From the human T2T-CHM13v2.0 reference genome, Homo sapiens, in NCBI RefSeq assembly GCF_009914755.1, contig NC_060925.1: a stretch of DNA of 64,000 bases, one strand, 5' to 3'. The notes beneath the pieces are model-generated. The model searched no databases. It was not told the DNA's origin and was given only the letters and a program-made list of their open reading frames with translations. Positions 12,015 to 27,348 of the stretch are shown piece by piece. Position numbers and translations under genes: made by a program. Position 1 is the stretch's first letter. Each line of letters opens with the position of its first letter.

Positions 12015-13369
12015 ATCTTAGGAATTACCCGCAATTTAGAGAGATCATTGGTGTAAATAATTTGGGTTTATGTGAGTTTCAGTTCATCTATCAAAATTAG
12101 ACCTGAAAACTGAGTCATATTGAGCAAAAAATATTTTATCTATGGTCTCGGTTTAACAGTTTTCTTTTAAAGCACATTTCTCCTCATTTTTAGGTAAGCT
12201 GAATATTCAGCTTTATTTATGAGCACATTTTTGGAGAAAAAAATCTCTTAAAAGCCTGTGTGTTTAATGAGACAAAGAAATAGCAATCACTTTTAAAAGA
12301 TGTTATGGAAGGCTAGATTTTAAATCAGAACAACAATGCCATTTTGAGTAGAGATGGACAAGCCTCAGAAGGATTAGGATTTGGGTTCTAATTTGCAAAC
12401 AGGGTTTATGTTTGGATTAGGATTTGACTCCAATTTTTCTTTATGGATTTAGGTAAAGCTTTTATTAATCACTCATCCTAAAGAGTGGCTTGAATCTGTG
12501 TGTTGGAACAATAGATATATTTTTTATTTAATAAACTCAAACAAATGAAAAATCTATGAGTGATTCTGGCTGCTTTACCTGAGCTTTCTGCCTTTTAGAT
12601 TCTGATGGCTTTTAAAGAAAATATGCACTCTAGAAGTCCATTCAATTTTTATAATCATTTAGAGATATTACATTACAAATAACAATGTCCATGTTGAAAT
12701 TATTTGGAAGAATTTTTAAAAAATCAAACTTCTTAAATATGTTTATTTGTATGTTGTAAATGTGGAATAATCGATCATTCAAAGAATTCAAGAAAAGCAT
12801 TCTTTATAACACACCTGTGATACTGCAAATTTTCATATAACTGTTAGTTTAGATATTAGGCCTTAGCTAATTTGTACCTAAATGCATCTCAACCCACTCT
12901 CTCAAATGGGGAAATGCTAAACTCCTTATCTTTTGTAAATGAAGAGGGAAAGATGAGGCAGATGGGGAAAGGTTAGGTAACTATGTCTTGGGAAGTTGGA
13001 TTGGCAGCTTTACTCAAATTCATTCAGTTCAAATCTTCCTGGATAGAGTGAATTGTGAGTTCTCACTATCTTGGTGAGTTCTGAATATCTGCTATTGTCC
13101 AGGAACTCCTACCCAGCCCAGGATATAGATCCTCCTCCCAGTTATGGCAGGGAACACGAAAGACACTAGAATAGCCAGCATTAGAATGAATCTTAGATGG
13201 AACTCAAAAATTTCAGCAGGCCAGCTATACAGGCCAGTCTCTGACAGTCATTTCATTAGTCTTTTAATAAGTGGTTGAATGTTTGGACCACATTTACTGT
13301 ATTATGATGGAGTTTTACTGTATTCAGGGGAAAGGGAAAACTGCTTTGAGTTAGAGATCATACATAGCA

Positions 13370-13550
13370 CACAATTCAGCTCTTAGGTGATAGTCGAGAA
13401 TCTCCCGTGAGTTGCTTATAAATACATATCCCTGCTTAAGTCCACCTCAGGAAATTCTGATTATTGTATCTTAACACAGACCAAGCATTTGTATTTTGAA
13501 GAAGCTACTCTCAGTAATTTTGATACTTATTCATATTTAGAACCATTAAG
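13370..13550. mobile_element. MER5-like hAT DNA transposon remnant
   Basis: AGAATC..CCACCTCAGGAAATTCTGATT..GCATTTGTATTTT..TTAGAACCA. Confidence 0.55.
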
Positions 13551-13701
13551 GTAAATTATTACCTTGTGAGTAAATTTTGTCTCTCAACCCGATGAGGAAT
13601 CTCTTAAGGTTTCAGGACTGGCCTATTTATGATTATTCTCCAGTGACCAAGACCATGCGGAACATATAGTGCCACTTTAATAAATATAATTCAGCAGCTT
13701 C

Positions 13702-14047
<346 letters not shown>

Positions 14048-14268
14048 TTAAACCCAGCCTTGTAACCCTGAGTATCTCTCTGCTCTAGAATAGAGAAGAC
14101 TATGGTAGAAATTAAACATAAATATATTAACTAATAATATGTATATTATATTATGCATGTGACAATAATAACCATATATATAGAAATACACACACACATC
14201 TCTTACAAGCAGCTCAGTTATGGGAACCCTATCTAAGAGAAGTGGACACAATGAAGAGTTTTCTATCA

Positions 14269-14362
14269 TCACTGCAGAGAAAGCAATGTCACACAACCCA
14301 AGTGGTGTTGAAACTTGTCACTGCAGACAAAGCAATGCCATATAACCCAAGTGATGTTGAAA
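14269..14362. repeat. Tandem duplication with 49-bp period
   Basis: 14269-14313 vs 14318-14362, 40/45 identical. Confidence 0.9.
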
Positions 14363-15619
14363 GTCAAAGGTGGCAAGGAATTTATGGACTAAATGGATAT
14401 TAGCAGTACAGATAGCTAAGCAAATGGCAGGAAGAATGACCTGAAATGAGCAGAAAGACATCAGTCTATAAAGAGGCAGCTAGAGTAGGAGAGAGGAAAT
14501 GGCCAGGCAAAGACCTCTGACCATGGCTGAGGCGCCATCTCTCCCTGGGGATTCCCAGAGAGGTGGAGGCTATTATTAATCCTGCAGTCTTAGGGGAAAA
14601 CGTAATAGTGTAGAGTGACATTGCTCTGGCCCACAAAACTGGTGAGGTCTGAGGAATGCCAGAGTATGTGCATGAACGTAACTGGGGACTCGTACAAGTA
14701 TTGGTGAAGAATATCTCTTAAGATAATGACTATTTTCTATTGGCCCATTAGGGTTTTGGCAGGTATTGGGAGATACTGTGACTATGAATGTACTCAGCAG
14801 TTAAAAATTATGGGCTCATTGCTGATATATGCTTTGTGGAACTGGTCTTATTTTTATCTGAAAAGCAATATGAAATAAAAATTATTTGTTTCCTTTTTAC
14901 CCTGCTTTGTATTAAACGGGAACCATAGGATTAAAAATCATGTTATACATACACAAAGCAACTTCGTTATGTGCAAAAATATTTGTTCACTTAGCTTTTG
15001 TGCTTTGAAAAATCTTAGTCTGTACTGATAAGAAACTAAATTTATAACATAATAAGTCACACAGCACACGTTAGTGAACTGGTTCTTTAAATTGAACAAA
15101 GGGCCTAATAAGATTACTTAAATATGTTTTCTTCTCTATCCTATGGGGCAGATTTTCTCTGTTGTGTTTCCCTTCCACTCAATATAAAAAGCTAAGGACT
15201 CTCCCACTATTGTAGTTTTGTTTTTGTTAAACCACAGAGCTATCTTTAAGCATTCAACCCTAATTTTTTGTTATATGCAAATAACAATTGGAATTATAAC
15301 AACATGTTTTGTAAGAAATAACATTGGTCTCTGTATGCCCACTATTCTTTGCCTTAATTGCAAATAATATTACCAATGGATTTTCTTTTTCTCTTTTACA
15401 TTTTATTTTTTCTTAATTTCCACCCCATATGCAGTTTGTAAAAACCCTCTAAAGTGATAGTGAGGGTAGTGAGGTCTTATTTGCTGCTCCTTTTCAGAGT
15501 AAAATTGTCAGTGCTGATTTCGATTAAAAATATTTGCAGCCCTGTTTTCTTTGCTAGATTACATAGTCATAGCATACACATTACTATTTTTTTCACTTGA
15601 TTGTTGGTAAACAAAGTAA

Positions 15620-15830
15620 ATGTGATTGCTAAGATTATAGGCTCTAGAGCCAGACAACCTGGATCAAATCCTGCCACTGAAGTTGTGCGACCTCGAACAA
15701 CTTGTTTAACCTCTCTGTGCCTCAGTTTTGTCATCACTAAAATAAAGATTTTAATTATACTCACTCCATGAGCTGTAAGAGGGATAAACATATCAATATT
15801 TGTAAAGTGATTATAGCAGTGCTTGAAATT
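15620..15830 (+). mobile_element. MIR
   Basis: GCTCTAGAGCCAGAC..TTTAACCTCTCTGTGCCTCAGTTTT. Confidence 0.85.
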
Positions 15831-15899
15831 ATTTTACAAATATTTAAATAAAGTGTAAAATGTTTAATGTATGTGTTGCAAAATTTTAAAATAAAATGT

Positions 15900-16330
15900 A
15901 CTTTACACATATTTTTTATAACATTATTTGATATAATACATTATTTCATAGTTATAATTTTTCATTTATTTTCCTAAGGTTGGAGATTTCTAATAATTTG
16001 ATACTATAATGATAGAATAATATATGTAGATAAATATTTAACACATTTACCTTAAGTTTTTCAGGATTAAGTTTTCTATGAGGAATTTATGATCATAGCA
16101 TATACATTTTCAAGGCCTTAGATGCTTACTACTAAATTTAGCTCTAACCTCTTATGCCAGCTGGACTCACTTGTACTGGTAGTTTGCAAGAGAATATTTG
16201 CTTTTATCTGCATTCTTACTAACACTAGGTATTAACTTTTATTTTTAATTTTTAATGCTGAGACAAATTTATATTCACATAGATTGCACAATCAGTACAG
16301 AGAAGCTGGTATACTCTTCACCCTTATCTC
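15900..16330 (-). mobile_element. Old L1ME/L1MC fragments
   Basis: Degenerate antisense L1 3' motifs, e.g. CAGTACAGAGAAG..TCTTCACCC. Confidence 0.45.
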
Positions 16331-16584
16331 TTCTTAGATATATTCTTTGCGAATTTATACTACTAATTGGATATTAATTCTAACTAGGTGCATATGTTAA
16401 CTAAGTGATAAAGAAAATGTTATTTATTAATTAAAATGTCCATAACTCAATAAAAAACTTTTGGGTCTTAGAACTTGCTCCCAAACTTCAAACAGTATCT
16501 GAACACAATATTTGGAACACTGTTCAATTGTATGAAAGCCGGTTTTCAACTGTAGAGTGGAAATTAAATGCAATTGCATGATCA

Positions 16585-16870
16585 TATTTGTAGTGCTATG
16601 TTCAGTTCTGGGAAGCACAGTATAAAGGAGATGTTGAAATCCTGAAGAAGATTCATAGGTGCAGCATAATATAATGGACAGAAGAAAGGAGATGATTATG
16701 GGAGAGAAAGAAAATTTGGGGGAAATTACACTTGTTTTGAAAAATTATCACGAAGTGATGTCATTGAAAGAAGGAGGCAGTACAGTTGCATGTAGAATGG
16801 CAACCAGTATGGAAGTTATTCTAGGCATATTACTATTTTGTATAAATGATAAGATTCTTCATTATTATTT
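16585..16870 (+). mobile_element. L3/CR1 LINE ORF2 3' remnant
   Basis: TGCTATGTTCAGTTCTGGGAAGCACAGTATAAAGGAGATGTTGA resembles the CR1 YCVQFW.P..KKD motif. Confidence 0.6.
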
Positions 16871-17355
16871 TGCATAAAAGAGAAAATATTTCATTGAATA
16901 GAGGCATATAATGGGGAATAGTAATATTATCTACCTCATAACAATTATGTTCATCACTAAATGCAGTGCCTAGTATACAATACTCATTAAATAGCAGTCA
17001 TATTACTTTACTAAGAATACTATCATTATTATGGTTGTTATTATTGTAGTAAATGATTTAGTACTTTGGCAAATATTAGATCCAATAGCTTATTTAAAAA
17101 GCATTTGAAGATTTAAGACAAAATGTTATTGTTGGGTGGGAGGTTAGGCTACCTTACCATATTATACTTTTCCAGATATCTGGTTCAATTATTATAATTA
17201 CATTTCATCTGCATTAAGTTAGATATAATAGAAAACCTCACAATTTAATTCAGCCTTTTCTCGACCTCATCCTTTTTCTAGACAAAAGAGAAATGACAAC
17301 AAGAAATGGAAAGAGGTTAAAGAAAAAACAAAAAGATTAGATAATCCATAAACTA

Positions 17356-17574
<219 letters not shown>

Positions 17575-20089
17575 TCATTTGCATGTAGTTGTGAAAGAAT
17601 ACTGATGGACCAAAGGTGTAATGTGTTTCTAATACTTGTTTCGTTCCCATCGTGGAGCCATCTCTTCTATTTTTCCTCTTCTACCTGAGTGGTAAAAATC
17701 ACCTGGCTGCCCAGAGGACCTGACTCTAGTCAATCCACCCTGGTTCTCAAGGCACCAATGGAGTACTGAACCTCTGTCCCACCTACCCCGATAAATTGCC
17801 TGGACTCAACACAGTACTAAGAGGCAATACTCACATGAATTAACTCTTGCTACAGAAATACAGTGCTAGTTTACATGTTGCAACTCAAGGATAACAGAAT
17901 TGACTTAGCAAATATTTTAAGTCTTATATCAAAATAAATATCAATTATGAAAATTCCAGGCAAGGTTGAGGACTTGGTAGGTAAGGCTGAAGGCGTACCT
18001 GAATGCTACACATAAAAGTACGCACTCATTAGAGGAAAGAAACTTGACTTGTGAAGCATGGCAAGTTATAAGTTAAGATCAAACTAAATAAGGTGCTATT
18101 GGTGGTCAGATAAGATTGAGTAAGCCCAGTATAGATATGCTTAATATCATATTGGCATAGACTAAGTCTATAGTCAGAGTTTGTTTAATGGGCCTCTGTG
18201 TTTCTCCACAATTCTAGCTCTTAAGTAGACCTTTAGCACTTAATACACTGATGCTTTACACTTCATACCAAAATGGTATCAGTGAGAGAATGTCGTAAAG
18301 AGCCAAACTTGAATCCTCATCAGTCTGACAAAGACTTGGTACAGTTTCTGAAAAACGTGAACATTTCTGGAAAAGCACTGGGTCCCAAGCTTTGTATCAC
18401 AGGTGTGAACTCCCTGGAATTCATCCTATGCAATATTGATAATTAAAGTACTATCAGTACCTTTTGATATGCATAGCAGATGGTATGTCTGTCCGAATAG
18501 GACCTTTGAGGTTCAGAGAAGGGTAAAACTGTTATACATAGTGTCTCATAATTTCTGATTTAATCAATTTTACTGTAAGGTTAAAATTTATGACTGAGTC
18601 CCTTTCCATCAATGATATAAAGATCTCTTTTAAAACTAATTATCGAATGCTTTAATACAGAAGTTACAATGTAAAAATGTACAACCAATTGCCTAAAGTC
18701 ATTTTAAAATATAATTTCACTGAAGAACAATGAAATGAGGAAAGCTCTGCTAATGAATAAAAATAATAGAACAAAAGATCACCATACTGAGAATGAAGTT
18801 TAATAAATTATTCCAAAATAAAAACCCAGGGGAATTAATAGACTAAAGCTATTTTTTAGATTATAAAAACAAGTTTCCCTAATTTTCATGCCATCCATTT
18901 CTAAGTGTAGAGGAAAGAGTAAAAAACAAAAAACAAAACACAAAAAAAACCCAACAAATTAAAGATGACAGTGTTTATGACAGAGCACATATTCGACAGA
19001 CTGATGAACATGAGAATTTCAAGCAATTAAAGTATGTGATGGAGGAGGGTCTTGCTCTGAAAATATCAAAGGTATTTAAAGTTAGGTCTTTCTAATAGGT
19101 AATTATAATTTCTTCACACGTGGGTAAGTTGACAGGTAGGTGGGAAGAGTTAACATAAATCTCTTATACTGATTAGAACAATTGCAGTCAGGTAGGCCTG
19201 AAGCACCCACTGCCGCAATCCACTCACAACTATGCACCTCAGAAATTTGATCAAGTTTTTGAGTTTTGAAAGTGAAACATGGATGAATGCTACTGAAATA
19301 ATTGTTAAACAAATATTTTCAAATTAAGTGGAAACAAGTTTTAGTATGTACCCTAGGATTTGTTGTGCCTTCAGCCATCATCACCATCTCGCCTGGTCTA
19401 TAGTCAAGACAGATTCACCTCTTTTGGTATAAAAGTTTAAAGCTATCTTTCCTCTGGCAGTGTGGTGGCATGTGATTTGGTTAATCAACCTAATTTGCTT
19501 AACTAGTTATGTTTGAAGTAAGTTTTGAAGGACACAAAGCAGAGGCATAGAAGTTTACCTGACTACTTCAAATGTCCAGACTGCTGCGTTTTAAGTCTCA
19601 GTTCTTACTAGAAAACTCGATGACTATCTAAAAAATTTGAAACCTATTTTTGTGTCTAAATCAGTGCTCAGTTTTGCTATAACAAAGTAGAAAGTTATTG
19701 AGAATAATTTGTTACTTTTAATAAGGTCCTGGAACTTGCAAATTAATTTTTTTAAATTAGAGGATTTTTGTCAAGCTAAACAACCGGAGAGAAACACTTG
19801 TCAATATCATTTAACTGTTCTTTTACCTTCAGAACTGCTTTTGCATTTATGCCACAAAGGAAGATGACTCATCTATTGAAGATGTACTATTTTATTTACT
19901 GAAAATGTGGTCAAATACATCATATTACATTCTTTTTTATGAGAGACAAGGGAACAATTTCTTTCAGGCATCAAAATCAAGAAAACATGCACCTCTCCTG
20001 ATTGTCTGGTATATCCTAGTAAGATTATAAATAGTAATATGAAGTCTGCTTTAACTGAATAGAATTTTTAGAATTAAGTTTTTGGCTTC

Positions 20090-20370
20090 TACTTTTATTT
20101 AACATTTTATTATGAAAAATTTCAAGTATATTCAAAATAAACAGAATAGTTATTTGCAGTCTCATGTATCGGTCATTAAACTTGAACAACTAATTTGCAG
20201 TTTTTGTTTCATATAACCACTTCCTATTTGTACAATTTTCATTATAATCACAGTTACTTTATGTAAAATTTACATATTTTAAACTGAACAAATTTTGATA
20301 CAACTAAATAACCCAGAGCTCTATCAGGGTATATGACATTTCCATCTTCCTTCCCACTTAATCCCAGTGT
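20090..20370 (-). mobile_element. L1ME 3'-end remnants
   Basis: ATTTTATTATGAAAAATTTCAAG..AGAATAG is an antisense L1ME terminus. Confidence 0.55.
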
Positions 20371-21027
20371 GTCTTTAAAAACTGAAAAGGTACTTATGGA
20401 ATTTAATTTTGTTTTACTAGCTTCTTTTCCAGGGTTTTCTTTGTTCTCCTTCACTCAGATACTGTCTACATTCTTTAACCTTTTTATATTATATGTATTT
20501 CTGTAACCCATTTTAAATATTTGGGGAGTAAATAAGTAGATTAAATAATAGGGTGATTTTCAATGGGTTATTTTCAAATCGATATAAGCTGATATATTTT
20601 TAAGGAAAATAATGATGTATCAGTTTATAAAAATGATTTATTTTTAGAGGAAAGTTGATAAGAATTTATATTATCTATGATATAAAAGTATATTCAATTT
20701 AAAAATAATTTAATAAGCAGTTAGACCTAACTGAATTTCATTTAGAAAAAATATATATAAAATTATAATCATTTGTGTAACTAGCATATGCTAGAATCCT
20801 TTACTTTCATTTTTAGTGGTTTACCCTTTGATCTCAAAAATATACATTTGACATAATGGCTACAACCTTTGATGGCAAAGTAGCTTGCAATGATTAGCTA
20901 ATACTTTCTTATTAAGGTAATGAATTAACTTATTCATTAACTTCATTAATTTTAATGAATTTGTTTATAAAAATTCAAAAAAAGGATCTCTCCATAACAA
21001 AACTTTAAAATATCTAGAAGAGCATGA

Positions 21028-21635
21028 GTTCAACCATTGTAGAAGACAGTGTGGTGTTTCCTCAAGGATCTAGAACCAGAAATACCATTTGACCCAGCAA
21101 TCCCATTACTGGGTATATACCCAAAGGATTATAAATCATTCTACTACAAAGACACATGCACACGTATGTTTACTGTGGCACTATTCACAATAGCAAAGAC
21201 TTGGAACCAACCCAAATGTCCATCAGTGATAGACTGGATAAAGAAAATATGGCAATATATACCATGGAATACTATGCAGCTATATAAAAGAATGAGTTCA
21301 TGTCCTTTGCATGGACATGAATGAAGCTGGAAACCATCATTCTCAGCAAACTAACACCAGAACAGAAAAGCAAACGCCACATGTTCTTACTCATAAGTGA
21401 GAGTTGAACAATGAGAACACATAGACACAGGGAGGGGACCATCACACACTGGGGCCTGTCAGGGTGTGGGACACTAGGGGAGAGATAGCATTAGGAGAAA
21501 TACCTAATGCAGGTGACGGCTTGATGGGTGCAGCAAACCACCATGGCACGTGTATACCTATGTAACAAAACTGCATGTTCTGCACATGTACCCCAGTACT
21601 TAAAGCATAATAAAAAATAAATAAAATAAAATAAA
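21028..21635 (+). mobile_element. 5'-truncated L1PA7/8-like element
   Basis: ORF2 C-terminus (FLKDLEPEIPFDPAIPLLGIYPK), L1PA 3' UTR, A-tail; TSD AAAATATCTAGAAGAG / AAAATATCTAGATGAG. Confidence 0.95.
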
Positions 21636-21739
21636 ATATCTAGATGAGGATTTTTGAAAAGTTTTTTAAAATGTGGTTCCATATATTTGCTTATATTTGT
21701 TAACAATAATCATGAAAACTAAACCAAAAGTTAAATATA

Positions 21740-21955
21740 TAATTATTGCTACATACCAGAGTTTATTCTAATTGCTTGAAATATAATAACTTATTAAATT
21801 TTCATAACAGTTTGATTAAATATATGCAATTATCTCCTTTTTATAGCTAAGAAAACTCTGGGCAGCTTAGAGGTTCGACATTCAACCTCTGGAACATGAT
21901 AGCTGAGTTGAATTTCAATGCCAACACTTACTAGCTATGACCTTGGTCAAGTGCT
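21740..21955. mobile_element. Two MIR fragments in opposite orientation
   Basis: TTTTATAGCTAAGAAAACT (minus) and ACTTACTAGCTATGACCTTGGTCAAGT (plus). Confidence 0.55.
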
Positions 21956-23644
21956 TTTGTTGCCCCTTTGCTATGTAACTGTGTCAAAACTAAGTAACTT
22001 ACATGAGCTTCTCTTTTTAGCTCCCTCTTTCTCTATATGTCATCTCTTCCTCCATGGATTTTCCACATAGCTTGGGCTTCATAAAGTGAGGGGTTCTTAG
22101 GCTACTCACACTTTCATGTCTTGTGACAGCGACATACATAAGCCTCATGGCACAATCTTTCTTTCCTTGTCTTCAATATTTGACATCATGGCTACACATC
22201 TACCACTGTCTAACTTTCTTCAGTTTTATATTACCTTTAAAAATCTACTATTTTAAGAAATTACCATCTTTGGAAAAATAAGCTTTCCATTTTTATTCTT
22301 TTAATAAAGAAGATACTTAATATTTTAATGCTCAAATATCCAAAGTTAATATATTTTCTGGTTTCTCTGATGAGTAAGTACTCTCTATTGTACTATGCTG
22401 TATAAGTGAAATATTACAGAAATGTATTTACTTAAAAATTAATTAAATAAACCAATATTTGTAGATATCTGGAAATATAATAGTGAAAAGTAAAACAAAC
22501 AGAAGTTAGATGAATTATGTAAATTAAAATAAGAAAATTTCATGGTTATTTCTAATGGAGTAAGGTACCAGTGATATCTCAGAGCTAAAAAAAAAATAGC
22601 CACAGCCACCTTCATCTGAACCCTAAAGAAATGCAAATCAGAGACACCACAGCTAGGTTTTCAAGGCATTGAGTGTTTTCTGGACGTTGGAATGAGAGGA
22701 CGTGAACATGAAAGAGAGAAGTTTTGCAGATGAACTGGGAAGAAAACATGGGGCAATTCTGTTGCTCCAACAGGACATCAGCTAGGCTTAATGGACAGTG
22801 TGAGCCACCAGTCACTAAAAAGACACTGTGCTGTCAGCAGGAAAAGAAAAGTTCAGCCACCATGTAAATATCCCCCTTTAGCCCACGCTTTTTCTTATTT
22901 TAAAACACTTTCATCCATATCTGCAAATCTTTAGGACTCCAGGGTGAATGGTGTGGGAACCATTAACTTTCTTTAACAGCAATTTAAAACAGTATCTGAC
23001 AAGTCTCAGCTTCTGCCTCTGGCTTTATTGGAGGAACTCCTAAAGGAGCTTCTACCATCCTTCTTAACTCATTTATTTGTACTGTGAGAGGCTCCACCAG
23101 CTAAACCCCGCTTTTCACTTATTTTACTTTCTACTTCTGCATTGCTGACAAACTCACAACTCACAACTGTCCCATCTCACAGCTGTCTCATCTCTACTCA
23201 CAAACTCTACTCACAACTGTCCCATCTCAAGATAATCACCTTTTGGACATTGATATGGTGCCTAAAGCTATCAAAATTTTTCAAACACACATCTTTCATT
23301 TAAACTTATATTTAACAAAAACACAATAAAATATTTATTTTTCTTCATTCAAGTACAAATTATATTAATTTAGTGTTTCAGTGTTTCTTTTATTAAAATT
23401 GGCAAACTCAATTATATTTAAAATTTTACACAGGTTTGTTTATGTAGTATGAATAGCTCCAGGTGACGGTCCCCTCACTTTACTATTCTCTTACTTTGTC
23501 TAAGATTCCTAAAGTAATTAGTACCATTTCATCAGAAGTTTCCTATTTTAGTGCCAATTGTTAGCTAGAAATAAAGGTGAAATTTAAGAGGATCTTCACT
23601 AATATATTAGTGCAAGAGAATTAATCATTTTTATTTTTATAACT

Positions 23645-24020
<376 letters not shown>

Positions 24021-27000
24021 TAGGCAGTGAAGAGGAGATACATAAAACAGAATGTAATTGTGATATTCCATACCCTACAGCTGCAAATTAGGTCACATTA
24101 ATACTAAAGCTCAAATATGATGGCTCCAAAATCCCATACTGAGAGGGAATGCCTTCTAGGCACTAACACTTGAGTTCAGGCTGGTACTCTACTGGCCTAA
24201 GCTACTCTATGCCCTCAACAGTATTCCTGTCGGTCTCTTCTGAACTCAGGTGACCCTTATTATGCCATCTGATTCTGTGTCAGTGAGAAGTTATGTATCC
24301 CTACAATTCCACTGGGCTGTTCAAGACACAAAGTGTTCCAGTAGATTGTCAGATTGAGGCAAACAAAGAATGCATTTTTTTTGATTACATGCCCACACTC
24401 AAGAATGGACTTGCCCAAGCTTTATCATACTTAGAACATACAAAAAGCCATTTTATCATCAAGGCATTTGTTTGTAGCCAACATAACTTAAAATTGCAGG
24501 GATTCTAGAATTTTTTATCTTGCTGATCTCAGAGCCATCTAAAAAGATCTCTTTTCTTTTCTGGTTTACTCTTCTTCCTTTGGGATGACTTTTCTCTTGT
24601 AGCGCCTGTCTGTGCATTGCAGAGCTCTAGCTTTAATGGCTGCTCCTTCCTCTTCCCATCTCAAGCTTCCAGGCAAAATTTAAGTATTTGATCATGGATT
24701 GAGGAGAGGGACAATTTATTTTCTCTCTTTAGGAGGCTCCATGAAAACCACATAAACCAGTAGATATGAACAAACACTTGGTTTTGAAAGGAGACAAATT
24801 AGCTAACTTCGCATTCCTATTTATTTGAGTCCTAGCTGGCATCTACTTCCATAACCATTGGAATAGTCTTCAGAGGAAGAAAATGACACCTAGAGAAACC
24901 AAATAACTTTTCAATTTCATATACATTAGCTAATGGCAGAGTCCAATGTTATCTCCACTCTGCCTGATCCCTCACATGAACAAATTCACACGAAGGGTAG
25001 GAAGTAAAACAGGAAAAAGACAGAATTGAGAAGGGAATACGTATGTAAGTTAGTTTTCACAAAGGGCCAGCAATTGATTGTGAGGTCAGCTTCTTGCAAA
25101 TTGGGAAAGAAAGCAGCATATGGAAGAAAAATCATCCCTACTTCAGAAGGTTTTTTTTTAATGCCTATTAAAATAAGCATATAAAAGACATAGAATATAA
25201 GCATACTTGGTTCCTTGAAAAAATTATCAAGACATGATTATAGGGACAATAAATTGTTATTCCAAAACATGGTTTTCAATTTATAATGGCACCTAATCAA
25301 AACATTATTAGGGTCAAAGTTTGTATTCCAGGGTACACATAAGATAACTTTGTTTAAAAAAAAATAGAGGGAATATGCATTCCCGACAATGTTTATCTTT
25401 GCAGCACTGTTAGCATGTGTTATTTTAGTCTTTTTCTTTCATCCTTTGTTCTGTAACTTGTACTTTTCTCTGAGCCTGGGTCCTTGTGCTTTCATTAGTA
25501 CTTCAAAATATTTCTACAGATTCACGCAAAGAAACATACAAATAGTACAAGACTGTTGTCTCCATGCTCATTTTGGCAGGAGAGATGAGGAACATCACTT
25601 AAAAGAAGATTTCAAAATAAAAATGGTGACAAAGCAAGGTCCCCCCATGTAACGGAGATCAAATTCCTGCCAGTGAGAATTCTTGATATCAATGGGAAAG
25701 GGGTTTAGTAAGCATTTGCTTACAAGTGTGTTCATAAACGTTAGTGGCTATCTTGCCACCTGAGTGCAAATAGCTCTTTTACCTTCATAATACGTGAATG
25801 TATGCTGTCACCTAGAATTGTATTAATTCATTGTAATCAGTACACAAGGTGGCTATGTGATATGAACTGAAAAACACCAATACATTTAGAGAGGTAAAAG
25901 GCCTAATTCTTTTTCTACTTTCTAATCAAACTAATTACACACTACAATTTGATTGAGTTATTCTTCTTTCAACCTTCCTTAGTGAATCTTTTATAATTCA
26001 TAAAATAAATACTAATTCATGAAATATCTGATTTTAAAATCAACTGGAATAATAAAGAGAGGAAAATAAATACGTGCAAATCCTTCTTCAGATATGTTTG
26101 CATGCACATTTAGAAACCCAACTATTTGTATATAATATGCTAAATGTCTACGTACAAATATAAATGCAAGAATGGATACAAATATATGGCTATCAACCAG
26201 TAAAACATTCTGTGCACATTATACTGGGTGGAATATATTTTGCCTGGATGAGTCGAAGCAGATTGTATAATAAAATAAACATGGCAAAAGTGGGCTTTAA
26301 GTCAGGAAACAGAAGAGTAAAGCAATTTCCTGACTTATTTAAATGCTTTCAAAGAAAAATGTCATTACATACTTGAATTACACTGGCATATAATTACATG
26401 AGCATCACAAATAACAATGTCTTACTAAGAAAAACAGAAGTTATTATAGAAAAATTCCTTCCCATTATAAATATTTATTTTAAGCTCAGGTAAATACACA
26501 CAAAAGTTATTTGCATGTTATCAAAATAAATTCTAGTCATGAAGTCATGAATTATTTTTATACAAAAAAGTTTGTTTCTAATTACATTTCTGAAAAGTCT
26601 TCCTAGTCTCCATAATGTTGTTTATTAAATATAAAATAGCATAATTATTTATTTAGAGTTAATCCAATTAATATTTTTATTTTAAATTATGTTATTATAA
26701 AGATGGTAGTAAACCAATAAGTTATATTTTAAAAGTTATCTTTGTTCCTTATATTAAAATTAGATATTTGGTGGAATTCCAAAAAAATCTGTTATAGATT
26801 ATTTAAGATGTAAAATATCACAAATGAATGGTATCCTCACCCTAATGATGATGAAGATCCAGATATTCTGCAAAATTATAACCTTGAGTTGATAGGAAGC
26901 TGAAGTCACAAGGTAACCAAATAAAGTCAATTCTTAAGGGTGACAAGACTACCTAAATAGGGACAGAATGCGTTAGTTGTTTAACCTTCAACAGAGCACA

Positions 27001-27033
27001 GGAGGAATGAAAAACAATCATAAAAGTGGATAA

Positions 27034-27348
<315 letters not shown>

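Noticed and set aside
14269-14362. CRISPR-like direct repeat
   Set aside because: Only two adjacent copies with a 4-bp gap, in eukaryotic DNA with no cas genes.
25389-25652. 87-aa ORF with a hydrophobic, signal-peptide-like N-terminus
   Set aside because: The hydrophobicity follows from T-rich DNA; no recognisable homology, promoter or exon structure.
26845-26903. Possible C/D box snoRNA (ATGATGA...CTGA)
   Set aside because: No terminal stem, no recognisable rRNA/snRNA guide and no host gene.
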